Assembly: GCF_018350175.1 (NCBI RefSeq)
Contig: NC_058368.1
Span: forward strand, 45,138,001-45,202,000
Length of the DNA stretch: 64,000 bases
Direction of reading: 5' to 3'
Origin: Felis catus
Lineage: Eukaryota
Shown here: positions 39,380 through 51,362 of the stretch, piece after piece
How positions within the stretch are numbered: position 1 is the first letter of the stretch
Layout of the letters: the number at the start of each line of letters is the position of its first letter
Notes under the pieces: generated by a model
The model's input: only the letters and a program-made list of their open reading frames with translations
Databases searched by the model: none
Told to the model about the DNA's origin: nothing
Translations under genes and position numbers: made by a program

Positions 39380-39850
39380 TTCCCTAATACTGCTCTGGAA
39401 AAAGTCATCAAGCCTGTCTTAGTTATGAAACCCAAAGGATCCCTTCCAGACAAAATAAAGTTTCATTATTTACTCAAAATTTCCATGTTTTTTCTCACTG
39501 TCAGGTTTTAGTCAGATTATTCCTTATACCGGAAATGTATGCTAAATCTCCCCATTGCTTCCTCTCCTTCAATTCCCTTACCCTTTTCCTTCCTCTGAAC
39601 TATAAAAAAGCATTTATTGTTTACTGATCTGCGTAAATATTACTTTCTCTAAAAAGTTTTCCCTGCCCTTGCAGACTGGGTTAGTTGATTCTACAGCACA
39701 TGTAATTATCTTGGCAGTGTATTTATCCCTTGTGGAAAATTCTTTCTTTAGTTGTTATCTTTCCCACCAGATTGCCAGCTCCTGTAGAATAGAATCCAGG
39801 TCTTTCTTGCTAGGAGGCATTCAACTGAATGTTTGAAAGAATGAAATGCT
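39380..39850 (+). mobile_element. L2 fragment including the 3' end
   Basis: CTTTCCCACCAGATTGCCAGCTCCTGTAGAATAGA...GAATGTTTGAAAGAATGAA. Confidence 0.6.
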
Positions 39851-39939
39851 TCTCCTAATGTTTGCCTTTGATGGCAAGCTCCTTCTTATTATATGTCCAA
39901 ACTTTTTGTTCCCGCTATCTTCATTCTTCCTTCTAGGGG

Positions 39940-40422
39940 TTTCTAAACACTGTTTGAGTGTCTGTCCTGTATCCTGCCATTTCCCCACCTATAAAGCCTA
40001 CACATTTCCAGTGTAGAAGCTAAAGAGATCTCACTTTCCTGTCTTTCTTGCACATGGATGCAGAGTTGTGACCTGGGTCCACCAATTAGATACAAAGATT
40101 TAGATTTAATAGCAATTTGAGGAAATGGGACTGCATGGAATCCATTCTTAATGTAAGGCTTGCTAGACCAACAATGCAGAGGTTCTAGTATCCAGTTCTA
40201 AATGTAAGCAGTGTCCACTGGAATGTTTGTGCCCAGTTGTGACAGGGGGATTTGCAGAGAAAACCATTATGGTGTGTTGTATCATTCATGACCTGACTCT
40301 AAGACTAACTTTCTGGCCTTCCCAGAGATACGTTAAGCTACCAGATATCATTAAATAAATTCCTGTCCTCTTAAGCAAGTTAAAGTAGGTGTTGTTCCAT
40401 TCCACTCTGAGCTGATAGGTAC
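39940..40422 (+). mobile_element. LTR33-like ERVL LTR
   Basis: GTGACCTGGGTCCACCAATTAGA...TTCTGGCCTTCCCAGAGATACGTTAAGCTACCAGATATCATTAAATAAATTCC. Confidence 0.7.
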
Positions 40423-40499
40423 ATCCCATTATTTTGAGTTGTTCCTTTGCATTCAATTTTGTAGATTCTTATCTCTGTGTCTGGACTTCAATTTTATTT

Positions 40500-41340
40500 A
40501 TTCACTTAGCTATTCAGGAAATATCAATTGTGTGGCTGTAGATGTCAGAAAATGCTGTAGTTACCACTGATTCTGCGGAGGACAGAAGAGAAATTTTTCC
40601 TGCCGTGTTGCTCATATTCTAGGCTGAGGCAGAAATTATCATTTCATGACTGATAATTATGTTGGAAACTTAAGTAGGGTAAGTGCTATATGAATGCTGT
40701 TTGAGGTATGATACACAGGGAAGGCTTCTCTGATCTGGGACATTTAATGAGAAATCCAAGTCTCTGAACCAGTCTTTCACTTTCTGGAGGAAGCATGTTG
40801 CAGGGAGAGCAAAGAGTAAGTGCAAAGGTCCTGACGTGGAAATATAAATCATGTGCTTGAAAGAACCAAGGGTTCATACGGCTAAAAAGTGTGGATGAGG
40901 GGGAGATAAAGAAAATGAGACCAGAAAGGCAGATCATGCAGAGCTTCATTGGGCATTGTAAGAATTATATTTCATGACAAGTGAGATAGGAAGCCATTTG
41001 AGATTTTGAGCAAAGGATGGTATCATCTGGCTTCACATGTAAAATATCACCCTGACTGCTCTGTGGTAAACACAGTGCACGGATCATGGTAGAAGTAAAG
41101 ACAAAACAGCTTTTAACTACAGAAGAGCTCAGAGCACCAAGCATTGAGCTTTTTCAGTCGCAGGAAGAGGAAGGAGATCTAGCAAAATAGACTGAAAATA
41201 TGAGAGGAGGAAAAAGGAAAGAATGTGTTCCAGACCCACTTAAAGAAAAAAAAATGTCAAGAAACAGGATGTCAGTGATATTAACCAGTATCAGTTGACA
41301 AGGTGAAGACTGAGAGTTGGTAACAGGGAGGTTAGTGATA
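40500..41340 (-). mobile_element. L2 (antisense), 3' region
   Basis: GGAGGAAGCATGTTGCAGGGAGAGCAAAGAGTAAGTGCAAAGGTCCTGA...GGAAGCCATTTGAGATTTTGAGCAAAGGA. Confidence 0.85.
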
Positions 41341-41544
41341 GTATGAACCTAGAGTTAGTTCCCTCATTTTGTGTATTCAAACCTATTATTTTCTACTGCT
41401 CAATGACATCTACTTCACTTGTCTTGTTTCTGCTACCTATATTTGATAACTACATGCTTCCATTCAGTTACTATTTTTTTTTCTTATTTCATACAATACC
41501 AAAATGATTGGTGACACAGATTGCAAGTTGCTTAATGCAGTATC

Positions 41545-41900
41545 TATGCTTTCTGTTTTCCTTAGTAATAGCTCATTTATGTTTCAGGTCAACAACAGCC
41601 CCAGCTAAAAGGCAAAATAGCACAGTCTCCTTGCAGCTAGGTTGGACCATTTAACTAAAATCTGCAGAATGAGATTATGTCAGTTTTATAGTTCTTTCAA
41701 GAATCCTTCTTAAGGGCAGGAGTGTTTCTTCTTTCTTCCCTCTTTCTACTATCTGCTTGCTGTGCTGTGCATGCAATCACGTGGAAAAGTGACGAGATCA
41801 AGGAATCTGCAAACTTGCTAATTGTATAGATGTAAACAAGACCCACATGCTGAAAAATAGCTGGAAACATTGCTGTCTCGACCTCGGTTTTGTAGTGGCA
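41545..41900 (+). mobile_element. Old MaLR LTR fragment (MLT1I/J/K-like)
   Basis: CAGTCTCCTTGCAGCTAGGTTGGACCATTTAACTAAAATCTGCAGAATGAGAT. Confidence 0.65.
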
Positions 41901-42199
41901 AAGCCTTTCTGGTAAAGTATTACACACTGTGCTGTGGAAGGGGACTAAAGGCTGGCCAAGGTAGTAGAGTCAAGTGGAATCGCAGAGGGCTTTACAAGAT
42001 TCCCTTGTGATGCCAACTTGCTGCTTTCAGTAACATCCTACAAAAGGATTACAGACTCAAGCTAATGGAAGCACATCTCCAAGCACAGGTGGTTATCCCT
42101 TATTTTATGGATCTGCTGTTTAAAAACACAACACCTTTGTGCTAGAAGATGCAATGTGTTTGTGTGTGTGTAGATCAATTTGGAGAAAGGAAGAGAGAA

Positions 42200-42626
42200 T
42201 ACATTTCCTAGGGCTGCTATAACAAATTACTACAGACCTCGTGACTTAAAACAACAGAAATTTAGTCTCTCATGGTTAGGGAGACTAGAAATCTGAAGTC
42301 AAGGTGTCAGCAAGGTTGATTCTTTCTGGTGGCTCTACAGGGAGCTTCCCATAATCTCTCTGCTAGCTTCTGATACTGCTGGCGATTTGTGACATTCCTT
42401 TGTTCATAGTTGCATCAGCCTTCTCTATTTTCACACAGCCTTCTTCCCTTTCTGTGTCTTCACATAGCCTTTTTATAAGGATTCCAGTCATTACATTTAG
42501 GGCCCAAACTAATCTAATGTTATCTCAACTATTTACATATGCAAAATCCCTATTTACAAATAAGTTTACATTCTTAAGTTCTGCGTAGACATGAATTTTT
42601 GTGAGTACTATTTGTCCCAGTATACA
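42200..42626 (-). mobile_element. MaLR LTR (MLT1B/C-like)
   Basis: TTTCCTAGGGCTGCTATAACAAATTAC...CTTAAAACAACAGAAATTT...AAGTCAAGGTGTCAGCAAGG. Confidence 0.88.
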
Positions 42627-43232
42627 TAGATAGATGATAGATAGATAGATAGATGATAGACAGTCAGATAATGCTTTAGCTTTAGCAGTACCAGAGCATG
42701 AAATATGACTCTGCTGGCAAAGATGATATTAAGAGGTTTCCTTTTCTATCTAAGGTCATTATTTCAGATGGCCTCAATTTTCAAAGAAGTGCAGATGGGA
42801 AATAAACAGAGATAAAGAAGTTTAAAAATCCTTAATCTCAAACAGTTTGTCTATTTAAATTCTTTGGCTATGGTTACTTGCATTTGGGATTGGAAACAAA
42901 TAACTCAAAAGTCTACTATATATCTGGAGAAATGTATCACCTGTCCATATGTATCCTGCAAAAAAAGCCTGCGGCAGTTATACACCTAAAGAAATTCTGT
43001 GTCCCTAAAACTACACTGCTGGAAAATGGTCTAAGAAATTAAAGCAATCACCAAGGACACAGTTGTCATTACTCATCTCACTAATGGCAGTGGAGAATTG
43101 AGGGAAAGGAAGAACCTTGAAGATACTGTTAGTGTTGTGGACAGCAACAGTTCTCTAACACTGGCTTCATTCTTATGTGCAAACTTTCTGAGAAACAGGG
43201 CTGTAGACATTTATTCCATTCAGTGTTTCCAG

Positions 43233-43345
43233 ATCTTTGCACTCTAGAACAAAGGTGTATACCTGCAGAGAACAGTCCGGCTGTAATTTCAGAGATGACT
43301 TCAGTTCCTCTACCACTCCAGCAAAACAATCAAAATCTAAAAAAG
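43233..43345 (+). other. Candidate 113-nt exon
   Basis: TTATTCCATTCAGTGTTTCCAG acceptor and AAG|GTAACA donor; two frames open. Confidence 0.35.
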
Positions 43346-43393
43346 GTAACAAGAAATGTCCTGCACAGTTGATGGATGCATTGCATAGTTTTC

Positions 43394-43434
43394 TTGGATT
43401 GGATTGGATTGGATTGGATTGGATTGGATTGGAT
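43394..43434. repeat. (TTGGA)n pentanucleotide repeat
   Basis: Direct reading. Confidence 0.96.
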
Positions 43435-43509
43435 CCGGTAAACATTCATGGTATTCAAGTGTCCTCCTCAACATGAAACAATTTCTATCTTATAAAATAG
43501 CTAATAGTT

Positions 43510-43728
43510 GGGATGCCTGGGTGACTAAGTCGGGTAACCGTCTGACCTCGGCTCCGGTCATGATCTCACAGTTTGTGGGTTCAGGCCCTTCATCAGGCTC
43601 TGTGTTGACAGCTCAGAGCCTGGAGCTGTCAACACAGAGCCCTACACAAGGGCTGGAACCCACGGACCGTGAGATCATGACCGGAGCTGAAGTCGGATGC
43701 TTAACTGACTGAGCCACCCAGGCACCCC
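43510..43728. mobile_element. Inverted fusion of two Can-SINE 5' halves (no tails)
   Basis: Sense head 43510-~43626 joined directly to an antisense head ending at 43728. Confidence 0.93.
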
Positions 43729-43864
43729 AAGCAAGGTTATTTCCCATGTTAACAATGATGTCTTTGGCATGCATGTTTACTCAATAATGTAAATATGAAA
43801 CAGCTGACAAAATAGCTGTTAAACACAAAGATTGTTATTTTCCATGTGAATAATGGTATCCCTG

Positions 43865-43869
<5 letters not shown>

Positions 43870-43905
<36 letters not shown>

Positions 43906-44027
43906 ATATATACACATATATATACATGTGTATATATATATGTGTATATGTGTATATATGTGTATATATGTGTGTATATATATGTGTGTGTGTGTATATA
44001 TGTATATATACACACATATATATATAT
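43870..44027. repeat. Compound (TA)n/(TG)n microsatellite
   Basis: Direct reading. Confidence 0.97.
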
Positions 44028-44829
44028 CCCATGATTTATGATAATTTTACAATCTAATGGTTATAATTAAACTGTGTCGGATGGTTTGGGGCCAGAATAT
44101 TACACCATAGACAAAATGAGACGTGAGTCCTTCTAAAACTATTGTAAGATATTCTGATGTCATGAATGATTAATGCTTCTCCTAAAAAAATAATTACCTG
44201 AATGTTAATATTATCCATCAATATTAAGTGTTTTATTTTATTGAATCTTATAATAACTATAAGCAAGTATGATAATATTAATCATATTTATCATAATTCC
44301 TAACAAGATTTTAAAATTATAAAATGTAAGGATTTACAGAAAGAATTTAGAAAAAAAAGAATTTAGAAATAATTCCAAAAATCTTATTGTTATATGATTA
44401 ATACATAATACTTGAACTGTACACTTATTATCCTGCAGTGTATAACTGCATTCAGTGTTGGTCACATACGATTTATCTCAAAATGTAACTTGCACATCAC
44501 TTAGAAGCAGAATACATACAGTAGCTTGGTGAAATACTGAGAAAAAAAGAAGCTAGAATACATAATGTTGATAAAGCCTAAATATTGTAATTTCTTCACT
44601 TAAATATTGGCTATTACATCGATGTCAAATTTCTGCCTTTAATAAAATAACTAGCACTTGGATTACCTATTCCTTGAGCATCAGGCAAGATTAGATTTGG
44701 TGGCTTCATAGACCCTCATTGTAACAACCAAAAATGAAATAGATATTCACCACCAAAGAGTACTGAAGATCAGGAGTGTAGGATATAGGAGAAATGTACA
44801 AATATATAACAAGTTCCACACTGGGAAAA

Positions 44830-45352
44830 GTACCCCAATGTTTATAGCAGCACTATAAACAATAGCCAAATCATGGAAAGAGCCCAAATGTCCATCAACT
44901 GACGAATGGATAAAGAAGATGTGGTTTATATATACAATGGAATACTAGTTGGCAATGAGAAAGAATGAAATCTTGCCACTTGCAACAATGTGGATGGAAC
45001 TGGAGGGTATTATGCTAAGTGAAATAAGTCATTCAGAGAAAGACAGATACCATATGTTTTCACTCATATGTGGAACTTGAGAAAATTAGCAGAAGACCAT
45101 GGGGAAAGGGAAGGGGAAAAAACAGTTTCAAACAGAGGGAGGCAAACCATAAGAGACTCTTAAATATAGAGAACAAACTGAGGGTTCATGGGGGGTGAGT
45201 TGTGGGAGAGAGGAGAAAATGGGTGATGGGCATTGAGGAGGGCACTTGCTGGGATGAGCATGAGACTCTCCTCTCTAAGTATGTTGGTTAGCTTGGCAAT
45301 AAATTGTATTTTAAAAAAAGAATGTATTGAAAAAATAGACAACAAAAAAGAG
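44830..45352 (+). mobile_element. 5'-truncated carnivore L1 3' end
   Basis: ACCCCAATGTTTATAGCAGCACTA...GAATGAAATCTTGCCACTTGCAACAATGTGGATGGAACTGGAG; A-rich tail. Confidence 0.95.
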
Positions 45353-46462
45353 ATTTTTCAAGGTTGTGTGTGGTCACCTTTCAGTTCCAACTTGTGGAAA
45401 CAGATAGTAAATACTGGTTAGACATAATCTATTAATCATATCTTCAATTTTACTGTGATAGATCTATTAAAACTCTGCAGAGCATTCATATAAATTTAAG
45501 TATTGGAACAAAATGATTGTTTTTAATCAGAATATAATACCTTTTCTCATTTTGTCTCTGACAATTTGATTGAAGGAAACACATATTGATAAGCTAATAA
45601 AGTGTGTATGTCGATCTGTTTGTGATCATAAAATTTGAAGTTACAGAAACTTTTGAGGAAAAAGACATTATTTATGAGGTAAAGATCAAAGTACATTTAC
45701 ATGCTTGTTTAAAAATGAGTCTACTTCAAATGCACTAAGTTCATTCATCTGGAAGTTACTTATAATTGCAAAAAAAATTACTAAGTGACATCGTTTAATG
45801 AATTTCCTCACATTTCATATCCAAAAATTATTTCAGTTGACACAAATATAAATGAGATTTTTTTTCTTAATAATAAATAGTTCACTTCTTTTTTTTTTTT
45901 GTCTCAAGATGCTGAAATAAGGAAAACAAAACCAAATCTTGGCTGTGTCAGGAAATGCAAAATAAAGTACCTAACTTTGAAAAATAACAAGAGATAGTGA
46001 CAGTACAGAAAATAAGTATTCAGGGATTATTAAAAAATGTTTTCTATCTGTTGGAAACAAAAATAACCTTGATGAAAATGCTTTCCTTCATGAGTGAAAA
46101 TGGTAAACATAATTCTAGAGTGTATCTTCAGTTTCTGAATGAAAATCTATAAATACAAATTAGGTAATGTCATTCTACTATAATAAGTTATGTGATATCA
46201 GTATGAAGCACACAATGTAAATTCCTAAGGTGTAAGCAGATTTCATTAGTCTCTACCCTTTCATTAATTACATGATCTCATGGGTAGCAATTATAAGGTA
46301 CAATTTTTTATGTACCAAATATGTTCATAGTGTAGTTTTTTAATTAAATATTATTTTAACTAGTGGTTACTTTATTTATATACTTAAAGATAATCAAAAT
46401 AATATAAAAACCCACTTGTAAATAATTGGCATTTTTAAATATATATTGATATATATTTTCTG

Positions 46463-46577
46463 TTTTTTTTTTTTTTAAATAGGCTTCACGCACAGTGTGG
46501 AGGCCATTAGGGGGCTTGAATTCATGACCATGAGATCAAGACTCAGTTGCTCAAACGACTCAGCTGAACAGGCACCA
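46463..46577 (-). mobile_element. Short tRNA-derived SINE
   Basis: T run followed by ...GAGATCAAGACTCAGTTGCTCAAACGACTCAGCTGAACAGGCACC. Confidence 0.8.
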
Positions 46578-47201
46578 CTCAATAGATATTCTTGATCCTA
46601 TAGTAGCTTAAATTTATTTTTACAAAATAATATATTTCACTGTATAAGATTTCTAAAGTTCTATGGTATGCCAATGAAAAATTATTCAAGGTAAAAACTT
46701 TGAGTGCACTTATGAACATATCAATCTCATTCAAATGTGTAAAATGATCCCATGTAAACACATCAATAATAGCATTTGAAAGTTACATACAGATGAAAAG
46801 CTATTACCTGTGTGTATATATATTTAATATATTGTATAGATAATTTATATGTATATATAGTTATATATACACATATCTATATCTATATCTATATCTATCT
46901 ATCTATATATATATATATTTGAAGAGCATGTGTGCAAGATACACATGCATACACAAGACAGTATATTTCAGAAATTCACATATTTAAAACTTTGTTTTTA
47001 TGGTTCTGGACAATAGGGAAATAAAATTTGGTTTTTATTAATTGATTTTTAAACTGATTAAGTTAATTTAATTTTGTTCTCTTGAGAATTCTAACCTCTA
47101 ATTATTTTTGAACTGTTCTGTATAAATTCTAAATTCAAAATGGACAATACATGTATGTACATATGTTTATACATAGGAATAACGCTGATTTACTGTGTTC
47201 C

Positions 47202-47989
47202 ATTTATTTATTTATTTATTTGTTTGTTTGTTTGTTTATTTATTTATTTATTTTTACATTTTTATTTAAATTCCATTTAGTTAACATACACTGTAGTATT
47301 AGTTTCAGGTATAGAACTTAGTGATTCATTATTTACATACAATAGCCAGTGCTCATCACAAGTGCCCTCCTTAATACCATTACCCATTTAGCCCAGCCCC
47401 CCAACTCCCCTCCATCAACCCTCAATTTGTTCTGTTTTATGGTATACCTCTCTCTTTTTTTCTTTTTTCCCCTATGCTCCTCTGTTTTGTTTCTTAAATT
47501 CAACATATGAGTGAAATAATATGATATTTGTCTTTCTCTGCCTGACTTATTTTGCTTAGCATAATACTCTCCAGCTCCATCCACATTGTTGAAAATGGCA
47601 AGATTTCATTCTTTTTGATGGCTGAGTTCTATATCTATATCTATATCTATATCTATATCTATATCTATATCTATCAATCTATCTATACCTATATCTATAC
47701 ATATAGATATATATCATATCTTCTTTATTATTCATCAGTTGATGGACATTTGGGCTATTTTCTCAATTTGACTATTGTTGATAATACTGCTATAAATGTC
47801 TGGTTGCACATATCCCTTCGAATCAGTATTTTTGTATTCTTTGGATAAATACCTAGTAGAGCAATTGCTGGGTCATAGGGTACTTCTATTTTTAGTTTTT
47901 TGAGAAACCTCCATACTGTGTTGCAGAGTGGCTGTACCAGTTTGCACTCCTACCAACAGTGTAAGAGGGTTCCCCTTTCTCTGCATGCT
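47202..47989 (-). mobile_element. Carnivore L1 3' end (non-inverted part of a twin-primed insertion)
   Basis: Antisense 3' UTR and ORF2 C-terminus; (TTTA)n tail at 47203-47255; internal (TATATC)n. Confidence 0.95.
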
Positions 47990-49058
47990 ACCACAATGCT
48001 ATGAAACTTGAAATCAGCCACAAGAAAAAAATTTGAAAAGACCACAAATACATGGAGGTTAAGGAACATCTTACTGAAGAATGAATGGGTCAAACACGAA
48101 ATTAAAGGTGAAATAAAAAAAAAAGACATGGAAAAAATATGAAAATGATAACACCACAGTCCAAAAGCTTTGGGATATAGCAAAAATAGTCACAAGAGGA
48201 AAGTATATAGTAATACCAGCCTATCTCAAGAAGCAAGAAAAACCTAACCTTACAACTAAAGGAGCCAGAAAAAGAGCAAATGAAGCCTAAAGCCATAGAA
48301 GAAAGGAAATAATAAAGATTAGCACTTAAATAAATGGTATAGAAACAACAACAACAGAACAGATCCATGAAACCAGGAAGTGCTTCTTTGAAAAAATTAA
48401 TAAATTGATAAACCCCTAGTCAGACTTACTAAATCAGATGAAAACCAATAAAATCACAAGAGAGGATAAATAGCAACCAACACCACAGAAATACAAACAA
48501 TTATAAGATAATGCTATGAAAAATTATATGCCAACAAATTTGATAATTTGGAAGAAATGGATAAATTCCTATAAACATACAAACCACCAAAACTGAAATA
48601 GGAAGAAATAGATAACTTGAACAGACCAGCAAACATCAAAGAAATTGAATTGGTAATCAAAAATCTCCCAACAAAAAGAAGTCCAGGGCCAGATGGCTTC
48701 ACAGGGGAATTCTACCAAACATTTAAAGAAGAGTTAATATCTATTCCTCTCAAACTATTCCAAAAAACTTAAATGGAAGGAAAAATTCCAAACTCATTCT
48801 ATGAGGCCAACATTGCCTTGATTCCAAAACCAAAGACTCCACTAAAAAAGAGAACTACAGGCCAATATCCCTGATGAATGTGGACACAAAAATTCTCAAC
48901 AAAATACTAGCAAATCGAATCCAACAGTACGTTAAAACAATCATTCACCACAATCAAGTGGGATTTATTCCTGGGTTTCAAGGGTGGTTCCATATTTTCA
49001 AATCAATCAATGTGATACATCATGTTAATAAAAGAAAGGATAAGAACCATATGCTCCT
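47990..49058 (+). mobile_element. L1 ORF2 segment (end of EN to start of RT), inverted relative to the adjacent L1 3' end
   Basis: [45 protein letters not shown]...KDKNHM; disrupted. Confidence 0.95.
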
Positions 49059-49319
49059 CTGAATTGATGTGTTCCTTTTAAAATTCCCTTTGCCTCTTTT
49101 TTCTTTTCTTTTCTATATTTTTGTAGAATTCTATAACAAATAGCACACTTGATGTGAGCTATAGGCATAATGAACTCCTATGAACACATCACCCAAGTTA
49201 AGAACTATAACTATAACAGCAAGAATACTTTGTACCTACTCACATGTTCCTTGGATGTCATTCCTCTGCCTCCCTACCCCTAGGAAGTAAGCAATATTGT
49301 AAAATCTATCATATTACTC

Positions 49320-49630
49320 AGTTTTCCTTTCAAGAAATCACTGCAAAATTTGAGTGGAAAACATTAATTGTTTATTTCTTACACATAGTTCTGTGGGGGG
49401 AATGGGGTGTTTCTGCTCTAAACTGTAGCATAGTTCAGGTCCTTCCCATATTTGTCATTTTGAGGGCTCTTGAAGAAGCCCAGAAACAAAAATGTAAGAT
49501 GGCACATTGCCAATTCCACTCACAATTGCACTCATCAAATAAGTCCCATCGCCAAAACCAACATCATAGGTATGTGCAATTGAAACAATGTTTTTGGGGG
49601 TTGGGGGGTATATTTGTTAAAGAATAATTT
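49320..49630 (-). mobile_element. Old MaLR (MLT1F/G/H-like) fragment
   Basis: AAATCACTGCAAAATTTGAGTGG...TTTATTTCTTACACATAGTTCTGTGGG...AAATAAGTCCCATCGCCAA. Confidence 0.5.
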
Positions 49631-49977
49631 GTCTATTACATCATCTTTTATCATTTATTTGATTTTCCTCCCAAATTATGAGCATTTGCATATGGCACTA
49701 AATTCTGAAGGGAAGGAAGAGAGGTTTTTGCTACATAACCCAACAGGGTCAATAATACCCTTCTATCCATCAATTTGTATATCATCTCTTTAGGAAATGT
49801 GTACTATGTTTTAGGTTCTTCTCACATTCTACATTTTCTCCCACCCAATCAGTTTTATCACTTAAGAATCCATTTTTTTTTGCATTGTTTTACTCAGGAT
49901 ATAAAATATATATTTTTTTAAATTATAACTTCTATGTGGCATAGTTAGATGGTGCTGTTAGAGTTGTTTTCACTGAT

Positions 49978-50072
49978 TCACTGTGGGATATGTTCCATGA
50001 CCCCCAGTGGATGCCTGAAACCCCAGATAGCATTGAACTATATGTATGTATATATGTAGATAGATAGATAAC

Positions 50073-50155
<83 letters not shown>

Positions 50156-50520
50156 TATGATTTTTCCTATACATACATGCCTATGAAAAGGTTTAATTTA
50201 TAAATTAGGTACACTAAGAAATAAACAAAAATAACTACTAGAACAATTATTATAACAATATACTATAATAAGATTTATGTGACTGTGAACTCCCTCTAAA
50301 TTTCTTACTGTTCTGTACTAACCCTTCTTCTTGTGGTGATGTGAGAGAATAAAATGCCACCTGTGAGATGAAGTTAGGTGAATGACACAGGTGATGTATT
50401 GCTGGGCTACTGTTGACCTCCTGACAATACATCAGAAGGAAGATCATCAGCCTTCGGATTACTTGAGTATGGGTAACTGAAACCTTGGAAAACAAGACTG
50501 TGGATAAGGGCAGACTACTG
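49978..50520 (+). mobile_element. MER44/Tigger7-type DNA transposon relic with internal (CA)n(TA)n
   Basis: GACCCCCAGTGGATGCCTGAAACC...TTTAATTTATAAATTAGG...GGATAAGGGCAGACTACTG terminus. Confidence 0.88.
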
Positions 50521-50932
50521 CATATTTATTTGATAATAATAGTGAACAACATGCTAAAATATACAAACAGTGATGATGAGTGATATCTAGTGAATTGTAG
50601 TATATTTAAATTGCTTCAGTGAAGCTGAGATTACAACAATGACACTAATTTTACCATTTAAATAAACAACATAATAAAACGATTTACTTCATTGTCTGTT
50701 ATTCAGTGATCCCCTTATGGATAATGCTTTGTAAAAAACATGGTCTATTAATACAATGATTGAATTAATAAAATAATTTATCAGTAGAAAGTTTCTTCAA
50801 AAGAGCTTTGAAACAAATCAACAGTTAAATGTTTGCTACTAATTTATTTTGTAAGGTAAAATGTAAAGTTCATAGTTTCTTGCTTTGTTCTATTTCAAGG
50901 GGAATAAGTTCTCTGAAAAAATAATGAGAGTA

Positions 50933-51215
50933 GGGGCTCCTGGGTGGCTCAGTCTGTTGGGCGTCCTACTTTGGCTCATGTCATGTTCTCAAGGTTTATG
51001 GTTCAAGCCCCGCGTTGGACTCTGTGCTGACAGCTCAGAGAGACACAGAGCATGAGCAGGGGATGGGCAGAGAGAAGGGGAGACAGAATCTGAATCAGGC
51101 TGCAGGCTTTGAGCTGTCAGCACAGGGCCCGACCATGGGCTCAAAACCATGAACTGTGAGATCCTGACCTGAGCCGAAGTCGGTCACCTAACCCACTGAG
51201 CTACCCAGGTGCCCC
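50933..51215. mobile_element. Second inverted Can-SINE fusion (sense 5' half plus antisense copy lacking its A tail)
   Basis: Sense head to ~51040 (...GACAGCTCAGAG), then antisense AGACACAGAGCATGAGC...CAGGTGCCCC. Confidence 0.92.
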
Positions 51216-51233
51216 CCACCCTTCATCTATTTT

Positions 51234-51362
51234 GATGAGCACAGAGTAATATATGGAATTGTTGAATCATTATATTGTACACTTGAAACTAATATAGTAC
51301 CATATGTAACTACATTGGAAATGATACAGTAAAATAAAATTAAAAAATCAAACAAAAAAGAA
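51234..51362 (+). mobile_element. Short carnivore L1 3' terminus
   Basis: GATGAGCACAGAGTAATATATGGAATTGTTGAATCATTATATTGTACACTTGAAACTAATAT plus A tail. Confidence 0.85.

Noticed and set aside
43394..43434. Regular short repeat suggesting a CRISPR-like or satellite array
   Set aside because: Plain (TTGGA)n microsatellite with no spacers, in mammalian DNA.
49244..49627. 127-aa ORF, the longest outside recognisable L1 ORF2
   Set aside because: Lies over decayed L1/MaLR-like sequence, with no recognisable domain or splice context.
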